Positions 54,393 to 64,000 of a stretch of DNA of 64,000 nucleotides are shown here, one piece after another (position 1 is the stretch's first letter; every line of letters begins with the position of its first letter). This DNA is from Trichomonas gallinae. Lineage: Eukaryota. The translations under genes were made by a program, and so were the position numbers. Location of the stretch: the NCBI GenBank assembly GCA_008369845.1, contig MRSU01001328.1, forward strand, positions 1 to 64,000. The letters run 5' to 3'. The notes under the pieces were generated by a model that saw only the letters and a list, made by a program, of their open reading frames with translations, had not been told where the DNA came from and searched no databases.

Positions 54393-55454
54393 ATGTCAAA
54401 ATTTTTATTTTCACTTCAATGGAAGAAGATATTTTTCCATGCAGGATGTCAAATACACAGCGATGGACCTTCATATGATGTCTGGTTATACTATTATGGA
54501 ACCACATATCAAGGCAATCCATATAACTTTGAAACAAACAAAATTATATCGAGCAAAAATTCTGAAGCTTTTGTTTATTCATGTATTTTCTACGATTTAG
54601 CAAATAGCAGCATTAAATTCAAAACCGGCGATATTAAATTCATCCATTCTCTTTGTTTTTTTGATTATTGTCGAAATCGCGGGAATGGAGGTGCAATTTT
54701 CTTCAACTGCAATGGATCTATCGTACAACATAGGTTTTGCACAACAAATACATACGTAACAAGCTATGAAGGCTTCCATTGTTATTCAAGTTTGATTTCA
54801 GGAAGTAAAAAGAATAATATTATTGTTGAAAGTACTATTTCTAACTGCATACGAACAAATAGTCAAAGAATAGTCTCATTGTATTACGGAAATATCGGAA
54901 TTTTCTCAACAAATATCACTAAAAACAAAGCTTATGGTTGGTCAGGGGTTCATTTGCTATCTCCATATGATATAGGAATAATAAATTATTCAACATTTGA
55001 AGGAAACGTCGCAGCAAAAGGTTGGATTTGTCTTGGACATCATTTTTCTTCTTCTTGCAAAGACTACATGTGTAACATTGTTGCAAACAATCAATCAAGT
55101 TCAGATTTTGGTACAATTTACGCATTAGGGTCTCTCACAATAGAAAACTGCTCAATTTTAGGTCCACATGGAAATGGATCAGCTTTTTCTGCAAATAGTA
55201 ATAATGTGCCAATTCATATTATTAATTGCAATATCGATAACTTCTCTACTTATAGAGGCTCGTATTCTGCCAGTGGAATCCAAATCACGAACAGTCTCAA
55301 TATATTATCTCAGCTATCTACCTATCAGTGTGTAACTAAACATCCGCTTCAAAATAACTTGTGGCACAACATAAATATTAATTCGTTCTACTTTTATCAT
55401 TCTATATCGATGTTTGGCGTATGCGAATTAATATTTACTCAATATGCAATATAA
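54393..55454 (+). CDS. GGAIFF beta-helix-like surface/secreted family protein
   Basis: Paralog of 7944-9001; Asn/Ser/Cys-rich with a hydrophobic C-terminus. Confidence 0.82.
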   Translation: MSKFLFSLQWKKIFFHAGCQIHSDGPSYDVWLYYYGTTYQGNPYNFETNKIISSKNSEAFVYSCIFYDLANSSIKFKTGDIKFIHSLCFFDYCRNRGNGGAIFFNCNGSIVQHRFCTTNTYVTSYEGFHCYSSLISGSKKNNIIVESTISNCIRTNSQRIVSLYYGNIGIFSTNITKNKAYGWSGVHLLSPYDIGIINYSTFEGNVAAKGWICLGHHFSSSCKDYMCNIVANNQSSSDFGTIYALGSLTIENCSILGPHGNGSAFSANSNNVPIHIINCNIDNFSTYRGSYSASGIQITNSLNILSQLSTYQCVTKHPLQNNLWHNININSFYFYHSISMFGVCELIFTQYAI

Positions 55455-55670
55455 TAAATGCACTATTACCTAATATACCTTCATGCTAACCCACTCAGCT
55501 CCTTTAAAAATACAAAATAAATTTCGAAATTTATATTTTCATAATATATATAATATATCCCATGCTGATATTAAATTCAACTTTTTTTGGGAACAAAAGA
55601 TTTCGATGCAGCCCCTGCAATAATTTGTCACTTTTATTATTCGTTGAAAATTTTTTTGTAAATATAAAAA

Positions 55671-57557
55671 ATGTGGGAAGAATCGGATCCTTCTCCACCT
55701 CCACCGCAAATAAGCAAATCACGACGTTCGCAAAACACTAATCCTAGGTTTAAACGGTGCAGAAAAGTTCAAGAGCCAGAAATACGATTTCCAGAAAAAC
55801 AAATTCAGCGAAGAAACGATATTTACGATGAGCCAGAGTACCTTGTCGAGCAAAAGGCTCAAGTTCTCGCAGAAATTGATCAGCTCAAACAAGAAATTAT
55901 TCCATTACAAGAAAAATTGGATCGCTTACAACAGTCACACAGAGAGAAGGTGGCAGATAGCGTAAAGTTCAGGAGGAGGTTTGACCTCGATTCAGACGCG
56001 ATTGACGCAGAAGAAAAAAGATATAACAAATCTGAAGAATTGGCAGACCTTCAGGCACAGTTTAAGGAAATAGACAACCAATACAACTTCTTATCATCGT
56101 ATTTCACAGTAGAAAACGATAAAAAATTCAAGGCAGAACTTGTGATGCAAAGACAAGTCTTCGGACTACTTAAAAAGGAGATTGTCGACGCTAACAACAA
56201 ACTAGACTCAATATACAGCCAGATTACAGACCCACGACTTACTGCAAACGTTCAGAAAGCTCTAGAAATGACAGAAGAATCGAGAAATCTTGAAAAAAGA
56301 CTCAAAGAGTTGCAAAAGAAGGAAAAACAAATCATCGAAGACAGAAAGAAACAGAAGAAGCCAAAGAAATCTATAGAAGAGCTGCAGCAGGAGCTGTACA
56401 AAGAGCAGCAGAGGTTGAACACTGCAGTCATAACAAGGAAAAGGCTCCAAGCTGAACTCGACAGATTCAAGCCGAAACCAGTGAAAGTTGTCAACGAAAA
56501 TGCGCCGTACACGACAGAGACAACTGCAGCCAAGCCAGAGGGAGAGTCAGACTTCGACGTGGAAGAAGAATTTGAAGACAACAAGAATAACGAAGAGGAA
56601 GAAGAAAACGAATTCGAGTTCGGTGGAGAAAAAGAAGAAAGCGAAAACAAATTTGCCGATAGAGATTTCGAATCAAACAAAGATGAAAACAAAGATGACT
56701 TTGAATCAGACAAGCACAGTACAGAAAAGGATGATTTCTCTTCAGAAAAACACAGCGAAAAAGATGATTTCGAATCTGATAAAGTTGACTTCGCATCAGA
56801 GAAGCATAGCAAAATGGATGATGAATTCGAGTCCGTCAAAGAAGATGATGAAAAAGAGAAAAATGAGAAACATAGCGAAAAGGATGATGACGAGTTTGAG
56901 TCCGTCAAAGAGAAACAAAGCGAGAAAGAAGAAGAGTTTGAGTCCGTCAAAGATGATGAAAAAGAGAAAAGCGAAAAGGATGATGAAGATTTTGGGTCCG
57001 TTAAAGAGAAACAAAGTGAAAAAGATGATGATGAATTCGAATCAGTTAAAGATGATGAGAAAGAAAAACAAAGCGAAAAGGATGATGATGAATTTGAGTC
57101 TGTCAAAGATGATGAGAAAGAGAAAAGTGAAAAAGAGGAGTTTTTATCTGATAAGCATAGTACTCAAAATGATGATGGATTTGACTCTGTTCAGGAAACG
57201 GTTGTCCAAAAAGAAGAGAATGCTGATTTCGAATCTGAACAAGTAAAAGATGATTTCAGCTCAGCTAAAGAAAAGCATAATGACTTTGAGTCAAAATCTG
57301 GAGAAATCAAAGATGATTTTGCATCAGAAGAACATCAGGATGCAAAAGTTGAATCAGTTAAAGAAGAAGAAAAAGACGAATTCGAAGATGACGAGTTCGA
57401 GAATGATGACCAAGAGAAGAAAGATGATGACTTCGAGGATGAATTCGAAAATGATCAAAATGATGTGAACGCACATTCTTTGTCATTCCAGAAGAAGATG
57501 GATGGACTCCTTGACGGTCTTGTAGTTGACAACTCGGAGTTCAGCTCCCAAAATTAA
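55671..57557 (+). CDS. Coiled-coil protein with an acidic repeat C-terminal half
   Basis: N-terminal heptads followed by EKDDDEFESVK repeats. Confidence 0.82.
   Translation: MWEESDPSPPPPQISKSRRSQNTNPRFKRCRKVQEPEIRFPEKQIQRRNDIYDEPEYLVEQKAQVLAEIDQLKQEIIPLQEKLDRLQQSHREKVADSVKFRRRFDLDSDAIDAEEKRYNKSEELADLQAQFKEIDNQYNFLSSYFTVENDKKFKAELVMQRQVFGLLKKEIVDANNKLDSIYSQITDPRLTANVQKALEMTEESRNLEKRLKELQKKEKQIIEDRKKQKKPKKSIEELQQELYKEQQRLNTAVITRKRLQAELDRFKPKPVKVVNENAPYTTETTAAKPEGESDFDVEEEFEDNKNNEEEEENEFEFGGEKEESENKFADRDFESNKDENKDDFESDKHSTEKDDFSSEKHSEKDDFESDKVDFASEKHSKMDDEFESVKEDDEKEKNEKHSEKDDDEFESVKEKQSEKEEEFESVKDDEKEKSEKDDEDFGSVKEKQSEKDDDEFESVKDDEKEKQSEKDDDEFESVKDDEKEKSEKEEFLSDKHSTQNDDGFDSVQETVVQKEENADFESEQVKDDFSSAKEKHNDFESKSGEIKDDFASEEHQDAKVESVKEEEKDEFEDDEFENDDQEKKDDDFEDEFENDQNDVNAHSLSFQKKMDGLLDGLVVDNSEFSSQN
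56690..57150 (+). repeat. Coding minisatellite encoding (S)EKDDDEFESVK(DDEK)EK
   Basis: About 6-9 variable-length units sharing gaatt(c/t)gagtccgtcaaag. Confidence 0.8.
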
Positions 57558-57762
57558 TCCATTATATTGTTTTGTATGAAATATTTTGTCGTAAATGTTA
57601 TATTTTTAAAATCAATTGCAATTATCTATAAAAACTGTTAATTTTTGATGTTCATTTTTTGAAGCCATAATTAGTACTTTCGAATCTTTTTTCTCTCAAA
57701 TTTATATATCCTTTCATAACAATGATTTTAATTTGTTATAGTTGCAGCTTTCATTCTGATTT

Positions 57763-58512
57763 TTATAGATAAATAAATACAAACAAATAATTCCAGTTAA
57801 AATATAAAAATCTACGCGATAAACATGTTGGAGGTGGATTGAATGGATATAAGTATATTATATCTGATTGTTTAAATGTGGAATATAGGAAGCAATCTTT
57901 TCCAAATGTAGGAATTTTTTGATTATATGAACGAAGGATGAAAATTTCTTTGATATTATTTTTGTTCTTAAAATTGATATTTCCAAATTTCGTGAATGTC
58001 TCTGGGAATACTACAGTATTTAATTGACCAGAATCTTTAAATGCAGCGAGAATACTGGACTCAACACCAGCAGGAACGATTAGCTTTGTAAGATTTATTG
58101 AAGCTGGACAGTAAATTACTGTTTTCATGTTTTTGGTGTATATTATTCCCTCAACAGAAGTAAAATATTGATTGTCAGGGTCAACATCTATGTGAACGAA
58201 GTAAGGATTCAAGTCAAAAGGATTTTCTGGATGCATATACGAGACTAATTTTGGAATAAACAAATACTGTAGTTTAGAGCTAGGAAATACGTCATTCTGA
58301 ATAGTTGTGAGTGTTTGCGGTAGTGTGAGATTGGTTAAATTAGTGAATCCGGAGAAACAATATAGTGGTAAAATTTCAAATCCATCGGATACTGTCACAT
58401 CCGTGTACAGTGACTTGTCAATGTCTGATGGAAATGAAACTGTTGTTTCACCACTGAATGGTAACACATAGTTTTTATCGCCCGATAGTTTACTAAAAGT
58501 GTCAGATGTCAA
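57763..58512 (-). CDS. BspA-like (TpLRR) leucine-rich repeat protein lacking an ATG at its natural start; possible pseudogene
   Basis: CFSGFTNLTNLTLPQTLTTI, IDVDPDNQYFTSVEGIIYTK, VVFPET. Starts at TTG with no upstream in-frame ATG. Confidence 0.7.
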   Translation of the reverse strand: MTSDTFSKLSGDKNYVLPFSGETTVSFPSDIDKSLYTDVTVSDGFEILPLYCFSGFTNLTNLTLPQTLTTIQNDVFPSSKLQYLFIPKLVSYMHPENPFDLNPYFVHIDVDPDNQYFTSVEGIIYTKNMKTVIYCPASINLTKLIVPAGVESSILAAFKDSGQLNTVVFPETFTKFGNINFKNKNNIKEIFILRSYNQKIPTFGKDCFLYSTFKQSDIIYLYPFNPPPTCLSRRFLYFNWNYLFVFIYL

Positions 58513-58595
58513 AATTTTTTGGATAAAATTTTTGACAAATTTCTGAAGTCTTTCAATTTTTTTTTTTTTTTTTTGTGAATGAAAAATGCCTTTGA

Positions 58596-59595
58596 ATGGT
58601 TGTGATGATTATTGCATTCTGCTTGGACTGACTACTACGACGGAAGTTACATACCTTTCAGTGGTGGTGAGATCAGCTCAAATGGACAATATTACGTAAC
58701 AAACTGCTACTTTGAGAATAGCGTATCTCGATCCATTGGATTTTCTAACTCGAATGTCGACACAAACCGACTCCTTGTTGAATACAGTTCATTCACAAAT
58801 ATCAGAAGCTATAACAATGGAGGTGCGATATATTTCTACTCTAAAGGTGAATGTTGCTTGAATCGATTATGTGGAATTGATTGTGTTGCAACATCTTTAG
58901 GTCAATTCCTTTTTTCAAGCGTATCTGATATGCAAAACAAAAAGAATAATTTCAATTTTTCGAGTTATTCAGGAAAACAAGCATCTACTTATGGAGCTAA
59001 TCCATGTGACATGTATAACGGTCAAACATTATCAAGTCACATAAATGTTTCGAACACAAAACTTCCTGAGCCGGGTATAAGACATATATTTTCATATAAT
59101 CCTAGAATGGGTTTTCTGACAATAAACAACTGCTCTGGACGATATGTTGTCATATTTGAATCAATAAAGAGTCAAGGAACACTAACTTTTTCTAAAATCA
59201 CTAAGAACAACGGCCCTGATGTGATAACATTATGGGATGGTCCATCATTAATTGTTGAAGATTGTTATATTGTTGAAAATAAGAAATCACCATTGTTTTA
59301 TATCAATAACGCTGGCACAATGACAGTAAATCGATGTTATTTGGAAAAGAATGATAACGGAATAAATGGAAATGTAAATACGAATAATATTGCAACAGTG
59401 AAGTTTGAGTTGAATATAGAACATCTGATGACGAACCAATGCATTGCACAATACACAGAGAAGCAAAAGAACAACGCCGTATTTCGACTTTTCGATGCGA
59501 AAATCATTGCATCATGCCACATTGTTTGTCTCAATGAATATGGCCGCATCCAATCTAACGTTGTCACTCCACTCGCTGTCCCATTTGGTGAATAA
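58596..59595 (+). pseudogene. GGAIYF family surface protein gene with a 5' frameshift (main ORF from 58612)
   Basis: WTDYY, NCYFEN, GGAIYF, L.T.QC motifs. ATGs at 58596 and 58605 are 1 nt out of frame with the long ORF. Confidence 0.6.
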
Positions 59596-59638
59596 AAACA
59601 TGAACTTTTTTTCATAATCAAACATTCAAACAATTTTA

Positions 59639-62122
59639 TTATTTAGATTTTCGCTTTCTATGTTTAGGACGAAGAGGAAGAACATTCCCATTCTCGTCAC
59701 GTCCTGCAATGATTGAAATAGAGTCGAGATTCTCTTCAACACGATTAGTTTCTTCGTCATTCTTCGCCTTTTTCTTGTCGTCGAACGATGTGCGTCTAAA
59801 TATGTCTATTCTCTCTTCAGCATCTTCCTGGTTTTCTGGTTGATCATCGTTGTCGTCTTCAAAAACATCGCTTTTGTTGGATTCGCACGAGTTTGATTCC
59901 AAAGTTGGAGTACTTTCGTCGTTTAATTCTTTTTTCATTTGCATGATACCACGAGATGAGTCGCTGGACTTTGATATGTGAGGTACTAGGTTATCTGACT
60001 CAGCAACATCTTTGATTCTAGTAACAATTGGCGAAGAAACGAAAGGATTTTGAATTGATCTAGATGGCTGTGGTGTTAGCGCAAATCTGCGATCATATAA
60101 GTTGCCCATGCGCGGAGTCTGGATGAATCTCGGTGTCTTAACAGTGGATGCGCTAAGAGGACTCGAAGAATTGAAATGAGAAACTGATTTGAAAAGCTCT
60201 ATTTGCTCATATGATAGAGTCTTCGGGAACATTGGTTGGCTGTAATATTTAAAAACAGTATAAGGTTTAATGAATGGACTGTTTTGTGGAATTGGAAATG
60301 AATCTTCTCTAACTTTGACTGCTCTTGCAAGCATATCGAATATATGTTGCTTATAGTCCATAGAAATCTTAGACATTCTGTATAATTCTTCGATATCTTC
60401 ACTCGGATATGATATTACGAGATTTGACTTCGCCTTTAGTGCAGACTTCAGCATGTCCGTGTATTCGTGTGGATTCATTGGTTCGCTGCCGTCAAAAACA
60501 AGAACTTCGATTTTATCGTCTTGCTCAATAAGGTTTCTAAGGTTAATGACACCACTGTCAGAAATCGAATTTTGACAAATGTCAAAATGAATAATATTCG
60601 ATTTTGTGACTGATCTGATAAGTTTTCCGCATGAATGGCCTTTCATCTTTCTTTTGCTTGTCCCACTGACACATAGATATAACAGAGAAGGAGAAATCTC
60701 AACAAAATGAGAAAGTTGAGATACATAACTAGAATCTTTTTCTGAAAAACAGCCGCGCAATGACAAATAACTCAGCAATGGCTGCTTCTGGAGGAACTCA
60801 AATAATGAAGAAGAAAGTGGATTTTTGTCCCAATTTAAGCCTGATAACGTCTTTGATGAAACTTCTTTGAGAAAAGCAAAGATCCTATCCCATGATTCGA
60901 CTTGTGCCTTGGAAACTGATAGTTTGAGTCCATTTATTGGATATTTTCCAACCATCATCTGCATGAATTGTAGAAAAGTGTCGCCACACCATTTAATCTT
61001 GTTTGCAATGATGCAGAATATAGTTGGTGGCAATTTTGTGTCTATTTTTATCTGTTTCGTTGAAAGATTTTCGCTGATGTCGAGATATTTCAATCTGATG
61101 AGTGTGCTATTAGAAATATACTCAAATACATCTGATACTTCTACTCCCGTGTTTGCAAGTGATAAAGCGAAGACATTTGGAATTCTTGGCAAAATTTTCA
61201 TTATATCTAAGTGTTTTGTTCCTGATAAGTTAACCACTGTAATATTTTTCATGAGAGAAGGTGATAAAAACTTAGTAGAAAGAAAATTGGACGAATCTGA
61301 ATTCCTTGATACGTTATGTAAGCCGATCGAGGTTATTTTGAGATTCTCGCAGATCTTGCTTATCATGCCGAGCTCTTCTGTAGATAAATCTGTATTCTCG
61401 AATGATAAAGATTTAATTTTGATTTTACGGGATTTTAAAAGCTTGGATAAAAGCTGAACTATAGTATTATCTGACTTTCCGACGAATTCTATGTTGCTTA
61501 TTGTGGATATATTTGATATATACGAATCAAAATCTGGATATTTCGAATAATTTGTTAATTTTATTGTATCTATAAATTTCATTAACGGTAATACGTCGAA
61601 TAGCTGTGGTATATACTGATTATAATTCGAAAATTCTCCTAAATCAATCGTAGACTGTCCAAACTTTGCAATATTTGTGATAGCGTCGATGAATCTTTGT
61701 GGAAGCTCGATTTTTCGAACTTTTGCAGTTTGTGTTAATCTGTATATAGCTGGAAATCCCGTATTTTCAACAGTTGCAAACCCCAATTCTGTAAACTTTC
61801 TTTCGTTGCTGATCTGTCGCATTATGTGTCCTACTGCGTAAAACATGATTTCTGCGCGATTTGTATTGATAATTATTTCGATACTCTCAAATGCCAGAGA
61901 AATCTGGTTCAATCGATATTCAATTTGTATGAGTTTAATCCACGACTCACTTTGCCTCAGTTTTTTCGTCCTAGATTCGTAAACGTCCAAAGTTTGATCT
62001 GTGACAACATAATGAAGCGTTTGCGTGTAAGAATCAAGTAGATCAACTGATGATGCAGCACATAATGGAATCCTTCCTAACCTTTTGCATTCAGCAACTG
62101 CATCAGCAAGTGAAAAAATCAT
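59639..62122 (-). CDS. Leucine-rich repeat (RI/CARMIL-like) protein
   Basis: LxxLxLxxN/T repeats (LKYLDISEN, LSLANT, FDICQN), possible PH-like N-terminus, disordered tail. ATG at 62122. Confidence 0.8.
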   Translation of the reverse strand: MIFSLADAVAECKRLGRIPLCAASSVDLLDSYTQTLHYVVTDQTLDVYESRTKKLRQSESWIKLIQIEYRLNQISLAFESIEIIINTNRAEIMFYAVGHIMRQISNERKFTELGFATVENTGFPAIYRLTQTAKVRKIELPQRFIDAITNIAKFGQSTIDLGEFSNYNQYIPQLFDVLPLMKFIDTIKLTNYSKYPDFDSYISNISTISNIEFVGKSDNTIVQLLSKLLKSRKIKIKSLSFENTDLSTEELGMISKICENLKITSIGLHNVSRNSDSSNFLSTKFLSPSLMKNITVVNLSGTKHLDIMKILPRIPNVFALSLANTGVEVSDVFEYISNSTLIRLKYLDISENLSTKQIKIDTKLPPTIFCIIANKIKWCGDTFLQFMQMMVGKYPINGLKLSVSKAQVESWDRIFAFLKEVSSKTLSGLNWDKNPLSSSLFEFLQKQPLLSYLSLRGCFSEKDSSYVSQLSHFVEISPSLLYLCVSGTSKRKMKGHSCGKLIRSVTKSNIIHFDICQNSISDSGVINLRNLIEQDDKIEVLVFDGSEPMNPHEYTDMLKSALKAKSNLVISYPSEDIEELYRMSKISMDYKQHIFDMLARAVKVREDSFPIPQNSPFIKPYTVFKYYSQPMFPKTLSYEQIELFKSVSHFNSSSPLSASTVKTPRFIQTPRMGNLYDRRFALTPQPSRSIQNPFVSSPIVTRIKDVAESDNLVPHISKSSDSSRGIMQMKKELNDESTPTLESNSCESNKSDVFEDDNDDQPENQEDAEERIDIFRRTSFDDKKKAKNDEETNRVEENLDSISIIAGRDENGNVLPLRPKHRKRKSK

Positions 62123-62415
62123 ACAAAAAAACTTTATTCCAAAAAGTGACAAAATCATTGAGCAAAAATTTTTTCTTTCATATGTTAAGTCTATTATGTC
62201 AAATAAGCCTATTTTTCATAAAATTTTCGAGTAACGATTAATTTTTTAGATAAAATATAAGAAATCTATAATTTATAGCTTAACCCTATGAAAAATCATC
62301 AACATTGGGTTTGTCTGGTTGTTTCGATTTCATGTTAAGAGGAAAAAATACTAATACATTTATCATACATGATAAAAAGAAATAAAATAAGAGATAATGA
62401 TACACAATAAGATTT

Positions 62416-62952
62416 CTATTTTGTTTCTGGTGCGATCTTGATACGTTCCGAGGCAGTATTTACCATCTCATAATATTTCTTTGTATCTTCGATTCCACCA
62501 TCTATTGGAAGGTAAACTGTTAGATCGTTCGGTACTCTTTCCTGGAATGTTAAAAGATTTGGTTTTTCTTTAGCATTTTTAGCCCTAGCAATAATAATGG
62601 GCTTGGGATCTTCTGGCTTCAGCTGAGTGAGAAGCCAATTGAGTGACTTCAAGCTCAGTAATGTCTGACCTGGTGTGGATAAATCTGGGAAGTAAAAAGT
62701 AATAAATGTGTTTTCATTCTCAGTGATAAGCTTTGGCCACTGCTTTCTCGCCATTCTTGATGAATCAGCAACAAGGAAATTATATGTTATTTGGCTAAAA
62801 GCTGTCGTCATGAATGTTTTATTCATCGAATCCGCGAATGCTTGTTGGCCACGGTCTGGAAGGCCGTATATAATACATGTTGCTTTTACTTGATTATTTA
62901 ATTTCTTCTGTTTGGTCTTCTTCCTATCGACAACAGATCCACCGCAGCCCAT
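62416..62952 (-). CDS. N-acylated (MGCGGS) protein with a degenerate small-GTPase-like fold
   Basis: Myristoylation/palmitoylation motif; IIYGLPDRGQ resembles an Arf P-loop; ARKQW and FYFPDLS follow. Confidence 0.65.
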   Translation of the reverse strand: MGCGGSVVDRKKTKQKKLNNQVKATCIIYGLPDRGQQAFADSMNKTFMTTAFSQITYNFLVADSSRMARKQWPKLITENENTFITFYFPDLSTPGQTLLSLKSLNWLLTQLKPEDPKPIIIARAKNAKEKPNLLTFQERVPNDLTVYLPIDGGIEDTKKYYEMVNTASERIKIAPETK

Positions 62953-63450
62953 TTGAATCTAATTGCACGTTATTTTTTTTATGATTTTACAAAAGTTTTA
63001 TCTTTTGTTTTAATAATATTGTTTGTATTAAGTAGTCTTCAAATATCTAAAAATCAAGCAAAAAATGAATTCAAATTTTTTTTTTCTCTTGTTTAATGGT
63101 TTTGGATCCTTAGCGAAAGGATATGAAATGTTTCCATCTTTTATAGTAAGTATAATAGCTGTATAATCCCAATAATCACTTGATTCAATATCAAATCGAA
63201 AATATTCGAATTTTAAGCTACTTTTACTAACAAAATATACTTAATTATTGACATATATCTATAATTTCAAGCCATGTTTGCAAATTAAAAAAACTTTTTT
63301 TTATTTTTTTAGAACACTAATTTATAGCTCAGAAATTGTTCTTCCTCTCATAAAAGTTCAGGATGATTTGGTCTTTTGGTTAGAAATAAATTATATAACA
63401 ATACAAAAATAAATATGGAGTATTTTGTATGACAGTAGATACATTTTTAA

Positions 63451-64000
63451 TTACTTGGCATCAGCAATTCTTTGTTTGATGAAAGTAGCGAATTTTCCTG
63501 GAACATCTTCAATTCCTCTGAAGCATGGGAAGTAGTTGAAGTCAACTAAGCAGAGCTTTCCGTCTGACTCTCTTCTAAGGAGGTCGTAACCGATAAGCTG
63601 AACGCCAGTCATCTTTCTAAGTGCTTCAGATGATGCTTTGAGTTCTTCATTTGTCGGTTCGAAAGAAGATGATGAATCTGGAACTGCTCCAGCATCAATC
63701 TCTGTTGGTAAAGGCTTCTGAGAATCGAAAACAACTTTATCTTGTGTTTTGAGAACGAGTGACTTTGATTTGTGCATAACGAAGTTCTCACCCAGTGAAT
63801 AGCACTTGAAAACAACGCCATGATGTGGGATGAAGGGGAACGCAAGCATTGGATATGGATTTCCAACAGCACGAAGCTGCTCTTCGTTATGAATGACTTG
63901 TATAGAGTGGCTGTTGGATGTTCCGCAGGCTGCAACTGGCTTCAATAAGAGTGGATAATTGAGGCCAACCTTTTCTGGGACGAATCCTTCTGTTACTGGG
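63451..64000 (-). CDS. ITPK1: Inositol-tetrakisphosphate 1-kinase / Ins(1,3,4)P3 5/6-kinase (ATP-grasp), 5'-truncated by the window edge
   Basis: KPVAACGTSNSH, FIPHHGVVFKCY, GYDLL and VDFNYFP; the frame is open to the window end. Confidence 0.9.
   Translation of the reverse strand, partial: PVTEGFVPEKVGLNYPLLLKPVAACGTSNSHSIQVIHNEEQLRAVGNPYPMLAFPFIPHHGVVFKCYSLGENFVMHKSKSLVLKTQDKVVFDSQKPLPTEIDAGAVPDSSSSFEPTNEELKASSEALRKMTGVQLIGYDLLRRESDGKLCLVDFNYFPCFRGIEDVPGKFATFIKQRIADAK

Noticed and set aside
56252..57246. 284-aa antisense and 252-aa alternative-frame ORFs
   Set aside because: Shadows of the low-complexity acidic repeat.
1..64000. Maverick/Polinton, mariner or other transposon genes; operon-like or defence system
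   Set aside because: No integrase, transposase, PolB or capsid motifs were seen, and neighbouring genes are functionally unrelated.

Overview
AT-rich, gene-dense eukaryotic DNA with no recognisable introns. It is very probably from a trichomonad (Trichomonas vaginalis or a close parabasalid); this is inferred from the gene families (BspA-like LRR, Pmp/GGAI-type surface proteins, kinase-Sel1 fusion, hybrid-cluster protein with an organellar-type presequence), very short UTRs, Inr/M2/M3-like promoter words and TAAA stop/polyA signals. The window holds one tRNA-Asp and about 31 protein genes. Several ORF-track starts are TTG/GTG artefacts and were corrected to ATG where possible. No CRISPR array, rRNA, prophage or recognisable transposon ORF was seen, and I cannot support a novel multi-gene system. 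The most unusual signals are non-coding: a ~111-bp degenerate tandem repeat at three intergenic loci, ~20-bp-phased CCCTA/TAGGG arrays, TGYCATGTAAA clusters, a nested hairpin upstream of EF-1beta, and a 19-bp inverted repeat. There is also a set of apparently catalytically dead enzymes, and four surface-protein genes with broken 5' ends. All family calls come from visual motif recognition; no searches were run.
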